NCBI RefSeq assembly: GCF_030684315.1
Contig: NC_081396.1
Location: forward strand, 3,844,001-3,908,000
DNA from: Stegostoma tigrinum
Lineage: Eukaryota
Direction of reading: 5' to 3'
DNA length: 64,000 nt
A model generated the notes under the pieces. That model was given only the letters and a program-made list of their open reading frames with translations, was not told where the DNA came from and did no database searches. Of the stretch, positions 53,631-64,000 are shown in pieces. A program made the position numbers and the translations under genes. How positions within the stretch are numbered: position 1 is the first letter of the stretch; every line of letters begins with the position of its first letter.

Positions 53631-53636
53631 TTTATT
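53631..53636 (-). terminator. Poly(A) signal of the secretory mu transcript
   Basis: AATAAA on the minus strand about 28 nt after the tailpiece stop. Confidence 0.7.
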
Positions 53637-53663
53637 GAATTCTTTTGTGTATCCTTGAGACTT

Positions 53664-54002
53664 TCATTGGCATGAATTTATGGTGTCCATCAGTGCAAGC
53701 GAAATATTCACAAAACTCGGTTTCCCGCTTGATTTATCAACTGTTCTGTTGATGATCTTCAATGGGATCACTTCGTGTCCCACCACACAGGAGTAAGAAG
53801 CACCGCTGGCACACTCCTGCGCAGCAATGGATAATAGGATGTAGAAGAAGAAGGAGGTGTTATCGCTCTCTGTCGTCACCTCGGTGTTCATATTGTTAGT
53901 CGGATTATCGGGCTTGTCATTGGTTGTCCACTTGACGAAGCTCTCTCGGGGCCTGAAACCTCTCACTAAACAGTTGAGTGTCTGTGCGGACACTTCTTCT
54001 GT
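53664..54002 (-). pseudogene. IGHM: IgM heavy chain Cmu4 exon plus secretory tailpiece, 5'-truncated
   Basis: [68 protein letters not shown]: a C1-set domain plus shark mu tailpiece (NIS sequon, penultimate Cys). The splice acceptor is replaced by repeat DNA, and no CH1-3 or V/D/J was recognised in the 10 kb upstream. Confidence 0.93.
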
Positions 54003-54309
54003 TCGAATGGCCTCTTCTGTGCTGCATTGTTCTATGTTCTGTGTCAGCAACCAGTTGTCAGTTCTGCACAAGGGCCACCCGTCTGAAAATGTTAAGTCTG
54101 CTTTTCTTTTATCACAGATGCTTCCAGACCTGTGGGCTTTTCCAACTGATTTATTGCTTTCACAGCTCTTTCTTGTTTATTTTTCGGAGTAGAAGTACAA
54201 TTATACGTGAAACGTGAATGAAAGGAAAACCTGAAATGAGAAAAAAAGTTAAGTCTAATGGCAACAATGTAACCAGAGTCATTCGAAAATACAAAAATAG
54301 CCTCTTTGA

Positions 54310-54495
54310 CCATGTCCATTACCAAGGAAATCTGTAGGCATTACTTGGTCTGGCCTTCATGTCACTCCAGACGCACAGTAAAGTAATTGCCTGCTTTCTG
54401 GAGGGGCAGTGGCAAACTCCTGAATGGGTGACTTGGGATAATGACGCATTATTGCCGAGACAGCAATGTCGACATTCCATAATTTAATAAAATAA
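54310..54495 (+). mobile_element. Deu-domain SINE fragment
   Basis: aaggaaatctg..ttacttggtctggccttcatgtcactccagac. Confidence 0.55.
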
Positions 54496-55859
54496 AATAT
54501 GAACGTGACTAAAACTCAATAAATAATATCAATTAATTTAAATTGCTGTGGCAGGTCCTAATGTCCTTTCAAGCATTTTTAATGGAAACTCTGACACGAA
54601 CTTTGAACTATGTTGAGTTCTTGGATATGTTTTGGTCAAAACGGATTAAAGTGTAATGAACTGAATGTTCAAAGTAAATCCAATTGCACAGAAGCGTTTA
54701 CTTAAGTGTGGCTTCAAAATATTCCTGACTGAATTCCTAACTAAAATTAAACTGATAAAATTCGAGCCCACTGTTTGGAAATAAATGGCATTTGTTGCAT
54801 TTAATTGTCAAGAAATTTGCATTCATTTCTGCTCACTGTCAACATTCTTAAAATGATCTTGTTTCGATATGAAACTTTCCGATAAATAACTTCGATCAAC
54901 TGCATTTGTCTCCATCAGCAGTTCTTTGTAGCTGCTGAAGCGTTTATGTAAATAAATGCAGAAATAGAACTCTCAGAATAGATTGTAGAGCAACAAAAAC
55001 ACAATTTATCCTTTCCCACAAACACAGCACACTCTTTGAATATGAATTGACGTGAATGTGTTTGAGCACACATTGTTTTATGAGTATACAATCAAAGTAA
55101 TATCAGTTTTCACCGTAAACCAAAACATGCATCTCGACTTGCAAGATACATTGGCACAGCCAATGCTTCTATCTCTGCCTTTGTATCTCTCTCTTTCGCA
55201 CTTCTCATCCGATTTTCTCGCCTCCATTCTTTGTTGTGTAACGACGTGTTTTGCTGATCCACCATCGGAAAATGTTTTCCTCCATAACATGAAGTTGATG
55301 TACAACTAACATATCCTCTCAGTCCAAGTAATGCGTCGATATTCGAGTCTCTTGAGGAAGGTTTTCTCGAAAATCTGTCTTTGTGTATCCAGCAATCTTG
55401 AATTGCTTAAAAGGAACGGATGGAGTGGCCTTTAAACAGGATCTAATCTGTCATGTGTTGAGAAGGTGAGGCTTTACTGTGATAGTGTTGAAATGGCTTT
55501 TCATTGTGTCTCATCAGTATTTCTAATAGCTGAAGAATGCTTGATGGCTCAGTGCACTGCACGGTTAATCTATTATTAATCTTTCCTGCATATCTCATGG
55601 AATGTTGAAAATTAAAGTGAATTGGGTATTTACTCCTTGTCGAGAATGTGGTGTACATGCCCGAGGAGTGTTTGCGTTAAAGGGAATGTTGAAAGCAATT
55701 CGACTCTGCATCTAAGTCAGATTATATTTGACTTGATTGTGTTAATCTGAATAAAATAGAGGAATATTTCTTCTCAACATACTGTGACCGTGCAATCACT
55801 ACCAGCATCTGATGCAACAATGTTAACACTTCTTTCACTCCTGCCATTGTTTCCTGGTT

Positions 55860-57208
55860 TCGCCATGTTTGATATCAGAAAAAACAGGGACAAATTCCCG
55901 CATCAAACTTTTACATTGCAGAGTTCGGTCTTGTGTTTGTAGAGCTACATGATATATGATATGTGTAACATGTGTACATTTCATGCCTAAAGGCCAATCG
56001 TGTGTGACATAGGTTAGTTTATGTGATTTTGATCTGCCTTTAACCTTATCTCTTAGTTTTGCTTTGTTTGACGAATATTCAACAACAGTAAAGGTATATA
56101 GGTTTAGTTGTTACATTCGAGAAAGGATGCAATCTCACCAAAGTGGGAGAGGGAAGACCAATGGATGATGCTAGGAGGAGTTTATTTTTCAAGAGGAAGT
56201 GTACGTGAAGAGCCTCATTTGTTCTTGTAAAACATGAAACTCAGGGTAAATATGAAACAGGATTATCATAATTCTCACTGGCCAACTGAGAGCAAATGTC
56301 ATTTTTAATGCCAGAAGAATTGGAACCAGAAGTAAGTATTCTTCCGATGGAGATTTTTCTTCCATTCAATGACATCATGGTTGAACATTTAATCCTCACC
56401 TCCACATTTCAGCCTTGACCTCACGTGCATTGATTCCATTACCGATTCAAAATCTGTCCCTTTTGCCCTTGAAAATACATAACAAACCAACCACAAATTT
56501 CTTCTACGGTAAAGAATTCCGCAGATTCACGATATTTTGGGAGTAGAAATTCTCAACTGCATTAAATTTGTGACCTCGAATTCAGAAACCATAACCTTTG
56601 CTCCTAAACTCTTTCACAAAAGGAAATAGCATTTCTAAAACAATAACACTCCTGAACACAAAGAAATACATCTTTCAGTATGTCAACATTCAATATTCTA
56701 CATTTTGTTGAGAACAGGCCCTGAAATACTCAACCTTCACTCACAAGACACTCCCCACATCCTCGGGGTCATTCTACTGAATCACATGTCGATGATCTCG
56801 CTTTCGACTGGACCTTCTCTTTGATCTAAGGCCCAAAGCAGGTCCCAACATTCCATCTGTTGTATGACGACTGCTTGTATAGTTTTAACAAGGTGTATAG
56901 TTTCACAGAAACGTATTATGAGAAGAAAACCTTTCAGGATAACTTATTGCACCGATGAGAGATCCCAATCTAATTGAATACCACTGGTAAGCATTTGGTC
57001 CTGATTCCTCTAAATTATTCGCTTTCATTTTGCCATCCAGGTTCGTTGTAAATGTTGTAATTCTATACATCTACATTACTTCTTCTGGCAGCCCCTTCCA
57101 CAGACGCAGCACACTTGGCGTGAAAATAAAATTAACCAGTCGATCCTTTGTAAACATTTCCCCTCTCACCTTATTAGAATGATCTCGATTTTCGTACTCA
57201 CACACACC

Positions 57209-57259
<51 letters not shown>

Positions 57260-60200
57260 CAGCTCACCCGTCAAACATCTACAGTCGAGAGATAAAAGCC
57301 ACAGTCTACTCAGCCCCTCCCATTGTTAAAATCTCCAGTTCCAGAACATGGGATAACTTTGTCAAACATTTTTCAGGAGAACACAGAGTAATTTTATAAA
57401 TGCACTTCGGACAACAGATTAGCTGGTGAGATATGAGGACCCCCAGAAGATTAGCAAGGTGATAGGCCAGAAGAAGGTTGTCAAATTTGGAGGGTTTCAA
57501 CTAGAGGGAGAGTCTGATCGGCTGAGACGATCTTCCATGGAGCGTCAGAGGCTGAGGGGTGAACTGATAAAGGTTTATTAAATCATGACGGGCATGGATA
57601 TAGTGAACAGACAAAGTCGTTTCCCCGCTATAGGAGTGTCACAAAAACCAAATGACGTAATTTTAAATTGGGAGCACAAAGATTTGGAAGAGACCGAAAC
57701 AGCAACTCTTACCCGCAGAAGTGGTGCACGGACGGAATGATCTGCCGAAGGAAGTGATTGAAGCTGGTGTCATTGAAACATTGAAAATGCATCAGGATGG
57801 GGAGATAATGAGAAGATTTTGTACGGATGTACGCGAAATGCTGGCAAAGAAACCCGATTAATTTAGAATATTTGATCAGCACAGACAAACTGGAGTGAAG
57901 TGTCTGCTTCTGTGTTGTTCATTTCTATCAATCTATGACTTAATACAGTCTCTCCTTATAATTCAGAACTTCCATTCCCACAATATACTGATAAATCATT
58001 TCTCCAAACTCTCCAGCCTGATAACATATCCCCTATGATCGGGTGACTAGACAGGATACTGTCCAGCAGCAGAGGACTCATCAGCCTCCCGTAGAAAGTC
58101 AATATCGATTTGCGCCTCCAATATTCAAAAGTCTGAAAAATGAAGGCATGCATGCTTGACGCCTTCTTAACCATTCTGACATCATGTGAAACAAACATCA
58201 AAGAATATGTCTTTCTGCACTAAAATACCACATAAAGCACCAGTTTCACGGTAAACAAAATGGCCTAGTTGTTTTACCAAAACACTATACCTTGAATTGA
58301 AATAAAAAGAACACAGAACATAGAACAGTACAGGACAGTACAGATCCTTCAGCCAATGATGTTGTGGCGACCCGTTTTCCCATTGAGATCAATCTACTCT
58401 GCACAGCCTACATTTTACTTTCCTGTATATGCACCTATCCAAGAGTCGCTCATAAGTTTCCAGAGTGTCTGACTCCACTGCCACTGTTGGAGGCATATTT
58501 TACGTGCTCACCACTCTCTATGTGAGAAATTACCTCTGATGTCTTCTCTATCTTCCTCCAATCACCTTACAATTATCCGCCCTCATAATAATTGTTTCCA
58601 CGTTGGGAAAAAAAAGTCTCAAACTATCCACTCTATCTATGCATCCCATCATCTTGCACACCTGTAATTAGTCACCTCTCAAACTTCTTTGCTTCCCTGG
58701 AAAAAGCCCTAGCTCCTCAAGCTTTCATCATAAGATATGCCCTTCAGTCCTGGCAGAATCCTGGTCAACCTCCTCTGTACACTCTCTGAAGATTCCACAT
58801 CTTTCCTGTGATGAGGTGGACCAGAACTGAACACAATACTCGAATTGTGGTCCAAACGGTGTTTTAAAGTGCTGCTGCATAATTGAACGGATGTTAAACT
58901 CTAGGCCCCTGCAAAATGAAAGACAACACATCACACACCTTCTTTACAACCGTATCAAATTTACAACAACTTTTAGGGAACAATGGACATGGACCCCAAG
59001 ATCCCTCTGTTCCTCCACACTGTTGAGAATCCTGTCATTATGCCTGCATTCTGCATTTAAATTCTACCTTTCAAAATGAATCACTTCACATTTTACTGGG
59101 TTGAATTCCCTCTACCATTTCTTTGCCCAGCTCTGTATTCTGTCAATGTCCTGTTGCAACATACAACAAAAGCCCTCCATGCTGTCCACAACCCACCCAC
59201 CTTCGTGTCATCAGCACACCTGTTGACCCACCCTTCCACTTCATCATCCAAGCCATTTGTAAAGATCACAAAGAGCAGGTCTCCAAAACGGATCCTTGGG
59301 GTATACCACTGGTCACCGAGCTCCAGGCTCAATACTTTCCATCTACTAAAATCCTCTGTCTTCTGTTGGACAACTAGTTTTGTATCCAAACAGCCAGGTG
59401 CTGCTGATTCCCCTGCCTCCTTACTTTTTGAATGAGCCTACCATTTGGATCATTGCCACATTCCTTGCTAAAATCTAGATATACCACATCCAATATTCTA
59501 CCTTCATCAATGTGTTCTTTTCACATCCTCAAAGAATTCAATAAAGCTTTTGAGGCATGGCGTGCCCCTCACATAGTCAGGTTGACCATTTGATATCAAA
59601 CTGCGATTTTCCAAATCGCCAAAAATGCTGTCTCTCAGACACTTCTCCAATAAACTGTCTACCACAGAAGAAAGGCTGACCGGTCTGTAATTTCCAGGAT
59701 TATCCCTATTACCTTTGTTGAACAATGGGACAGCGTCTGCCACCCTCCAATAATCTGGTACTGCTCCACTGGGCAGTTATGATGCGAATATCATTGTCAA
59801 AAGGGCAGAAATCGCTTCCCCCGCTTGCTGTTATAATCTTGGTTCTATCCCTTATGCCCCAGGAGACTTATCTGCACTCATGATTTTCGAAAAGTCCAGC
59901 ATATCGTCCTTCCTAACATCAACCTATTCGACCATATTTGCCTGTTTCATGTGATACTCACAAACCTCAACGATCCACTCCATGGTGAATACTGAAGCAA
60001 AGTACTCATTAAGAACCTCCGCCACTTCCAGGTGATTCTATGGACAGGTACACGCCACTATCCCTGAATGGCCCTCCCCTCAATCTGGCTATTGTCTTGT
60101 TTGTCATATAAACGTAGAAAGCCTTGTTTTTTTTTCCCTTGATCCTAATCGTGAAGGTTCTCTTGCACATGCTTGAAGCTCTCATATGTGCATTCTTCAT

Positions 60201-63200
60201 TTCCTTTTTGGTTACCTTGTAGACCTCAAGAGCACGACCCGACTCTTGCTTCCTAACCCATAAGTAATTTATCTGCTTAAAGTCGATTTGCCACTCCTCA
60301 GTCCACCATCTCATTCAATCAAGATATTTTAATAATCTTGGGTTTTGTTTTCACTGTCAACTATAAGACTTATTTTGGTGCCATCCACAAACATACTAAT
60401 CATGCCTTCTATATTTTCATCGAAGTCTTTCACAAAAATGATGAACAAAAGCGGATCTAGCTCTGAAACTTATTGCACACTACTGGTGACAGACTTCCAT
60501 TCTGAAAAAACAACGCTCCACTGAAGGGTCTAGACTGGAAACGTCAGCCTTTCAGCTCTTCTTATGCTGCTTGGCCTGCTGTGTTATTCCCGCTATACAC
60601 CTTGTTATCTCCACCACCATCTTTTTCTCCTGCCATTCAGCGAATTTAACATCAAATTGGCAACCTCACCCTGAATCATAACATAGCTAATAGGTCGACC
60701 AAACGGAAACTTGTCAAAGGATTTATGAAAGTCCAAGACAACACAATCTCCAGCTCTGCCCCGTCAATGCTTTTGGTCACTTCTACAAGAAACTGAATCA
60801 ATATTTTGAGGCAAGTCTTTCAACGCAAATGTCATGATGACTCTCTCTCATCAGTTCTTGCTCTTCCAGATGCATGCAAATCCTATCCCTCAGAATCCAA
60901 CAACTCACCCATTACTGTCTTAAAGCTCACCAGTCTGTGGTTCTCTGGATTTTCCATCCTGCCTTTCCTATTTAAATAGTAGTACCACATGAGCAACAAT
61001 CCAGGCATCCTGCATCTCACCTGTATCTATCTATGGTACGTACATCTCAGTAAGGGGCCCAGAAATCTCTTCCCCAGGTTCCCATAAAGCTCTAGGGAGC
61101 ACCTCATCATTTCCCTAGTTTCCTAGTTCCCAAATGTCCATTCCCCACTCCACAGTAAATTGCAACACAAAATATTTTGTCGAACCTTACCAATCTCCTC
61201 TGGTTCCACGCATAGACGGCCACGTTGTTCTTTAAGGGTTTCTATTTTTACCTAGTCACAGAATTGTCCTTAATGTAATTACACAAACATTGAGATTCTC
61301 ATTACTTCCATTTACCATTCTGCCGCATGTCCGCATTTGTCCTCCCAAGATGCCTCTCAAGTAAACATTTACTATAATTATATTCTTCTCAATATACGCT
61401 CGATCCAAACTGTCCATATCTCATAATTGCCCTCCTTTATTTGGCTGGAGACTCAAATTCCCTCCTCATCTAGGATTCCCTACACTGTGCAGCCTTACCC
61501 TTTTCACAAACAGGTAAGGGCTGGATCTGAACTCTCGTTATCTCATCCTTAATGTCCTCAGTCTTCCAAATCATTCCTTTTGAATGTCGTCTCCCAATCA
61601 ATTTCACAAAGCTCCTGCCTCAAGCTATCAAAATTAGCCACACTCTAATGTAGAACTTTATTTTTTGAGCAGTTCTCTCGTTTTCCTTAACTGTTTCAAA
61701 ACTGATAGAATTGTGATCACTTGCCCCAAAGTTCTCCACAAAGACTTCCATTAATTGACCACTATTACATCCAGACTGAACGTCAAACTAAATTTCTTCT
61801 CCACTTGGTACAACCACATATTGAATAAGAACGTCTTCTTGTACACAGTGTCAATTTCCTCAACATCCAAGCTCTCAACTGGGTGACAGTCTCATTCTGT
61901 GTGCGGAAAGTTAAAACCCTGTACTATTATGCTACTTTTCTTACAGATACCTGCGATCCACTTACATATTTGCTTCTGATTTTCCCACACACTGTTTGGA
62001 GGCCTCTGATAGAAACACAACAAAATGATCATTTTTCTCTCATTTTAAAATTGAACCAAATGACTTTATTGGCCGGTTTCACAGCAATATCTCCACTTTG
62101 TATAGCTGTAAAGGTCTCCCAAATTAAAAGCGCCACTCCCGCTTCTGTCTTGCTTCCCGTTTTGTCCTTACGAGAGACATACCTCTGGAACATCAACTGC
62201 CAGTCCTATCCTTCTCTGAGGCATTTTGTTCTAATTGAGATCTCCCCATTCATACCTTCAGCCCATCTGAATTCTCTGTCAGTCCTGCTGCTTTCAAATA
62301 ACTCTGGTTAAATTTATCAGTCTTACTTCGTCTCTGTCAATCTCTTGTTGTTTTTGACTCTTAAATTGCTCATATCACCTCCTGCACTGGTCTCAGCCTT
62401 ACTTTAGTCTTAGTATTGCCATGGCTCCCACCAATGCCATACATTCCCGTGACTAACTTAAAGCCTCACAAGTAGCGAAAACACATTCCCCCTCAAGTTT
62501 ATTGGTCCTCTTCCAATTCAGCTTAACCCTTCCCTCTCACACAGGTCACTTGTACCACTGAAGAGATCCCAATGGTCCAAAATGGCGAATCTTTTCCCCT
62601 GCAAGACACGGTCAATCACACAATCATGTGCCCTGTCCTTCTATTTCTGCTGTCAAAGTTACAGTCGATACGAAATAAAGGCCAACACGAATTTCGCCAT
62701 CCTTATGAATGGCTGTTAATTTAAAAAGTTAGATTTTCTTGTGATTTAAGGACCAGCACACGCAAATGTGTCGTGTTGATTTCTGAATTCATTTCATATT
62801 TCAATAATATTTTGCCACTCTGTTTTAGCTCTCAAACTGCATAATCTCACTTTTTCCATCTATTCTCAGTTATTTCATCTGTTTGGCATGAATATGCCAA
62901 GTTTTTATTTTCAGATTTTGCTGACTCTCAGGTACAGCCAATATCCCTCAACAATTTTTCTTGTGTCATATTCACCATTTCCCTTTTCTGATATTCTTGT
63001 TTCATTTGCAAACTTACCGACAACACATTGATTTTTCTCATGTAAGTCATTATCGTATCTTTCAATTATTTGTGCACCAAACACTGATTCCTGTGATGCT
63101 ACCTTCGTCAGAAGTTGACATCCTGTGAAGTCCAATTCTTCATCTAAATATATTTCTACTTTGAATTTGGCAATCCTCTGTCCACATTAATGTACTGCCT

Positions 63201-64000
63201 CCAAAGTCACGGGCTCCGAGCTGGTTAAGTTATCATACGTGTGGCACCGTATCTAATGTCTTCAGAGAATCTCAGCATCTTGCAAGTCCTGAACCCTCCT
63301 TCTTTTGGATTCTACGTTATCAAATATTTCTACGTTATTTATCAGGCAAAATTTCACTTTCATAAAACTATTTTCTGTCCTCTTGATTATGCTATGTAAT
63401 ATTGAAATGCACTGTTGTTACTTTTTTCAGTAAATGAAGTTAAACAAAATGGCCTTCCTCACCCTTCATGTTATCTTCTCCTTTTTAAATAAAGGTGTTA
63501 TCCAATCATCAGAGTCTTTTCTGAAATTTTATTACTGCTGTAAAATTAAACCCAGCATAACAAACGCTTCTGTCATTTTTTAAATCCTTGATTCGATCTC
63601 ATTATTTGCAATGCACTCATTCATATTTAGTTCAATGATTTAAGTGCTTCTTTTCCCCCAGTGAAACTTTCTTTGTTGTATTCCTCACCCTTATTTGGCC
63701 CTTCCATATTCAGTCATTTTGGAATTCTACTGTGAAGGCAGATGCACAGTATTTTTTCAAAATGTCTATTTCATTATTGTTCCTAAATATGCATTCTGCA
63801 GCTCCAATCATGAGGGCGGTATGTTCACTTTGGCCCTTCTTTTCCTTTCTATATATTTTTGGAAGCGTTTGCTGTCTGTTTTAATATTATCTGCAATTTT
63901 AATTTCAATATTTTCCTGCTCACGCCTCATTAATTTTTTGTTTGCCTTTTGATATTTCTTCAAACAATCTGAATACTCTCCTGACCTATCATAATGATGA
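55860..64000 (+). repeat. Segmental duplication copy B (runs off the window); contains CR1 fragments at about 58310-62650 on the minus strand
   Basis: Colinear with 1-9025. Lacks the 937-1146 insertion and about 670 bp corresponding to 1567-2230. Confidence 0.95.
57214..57252. repeat. (AT)n microsatellite
   Basis: Pure TA tract located at the site of the ~670-bp indel between the two copies. Confidence 0.95.

Noticed and set aside
736-63952. Most short ORFs in the six-frame track as genes
   Set aside because: They are fragments or antisense frames of retroelements or low-complexity DNA; many start at non-ATG codons.

Overview
Vertebrate genomic DNA, very probably from a shark (cartilaginous fish). 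This is inferred from the IgM tailpiece sequence and the CR1, Penelope and Deu-SINE repeats. It is repeat-dense, AT-rich and has one assembly gap, and I see no intact protein-coding gene. The window holds decayed antigen-receptor parts: an IgM heavy-chain remnant on the minus strand (5'-truncated Cmu4 plus secretory tailpiece, a frameshifted TM1 exon, a possible TM2) and two TCR alpha/delta-type V pseudogenes (one per strand, with leader introns, one with a recognisable 23-RSS). Also present are two C2H2 zinc-finger pseudogenes and an old, roughly 8 kb gamma/epsilon-like endogenous retrovirus whose pol appears to carry a degenerate 2H-phosphodiesterase domain between protease and RT. The first ~9 kb recurs ~55.9 kb later (roughly 80-87% identical by eye), so the mixed Ig/TCR/ZNF block may be one unit of a large tandem duplication. 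All calls come from manual reading and translation; no searches were run.
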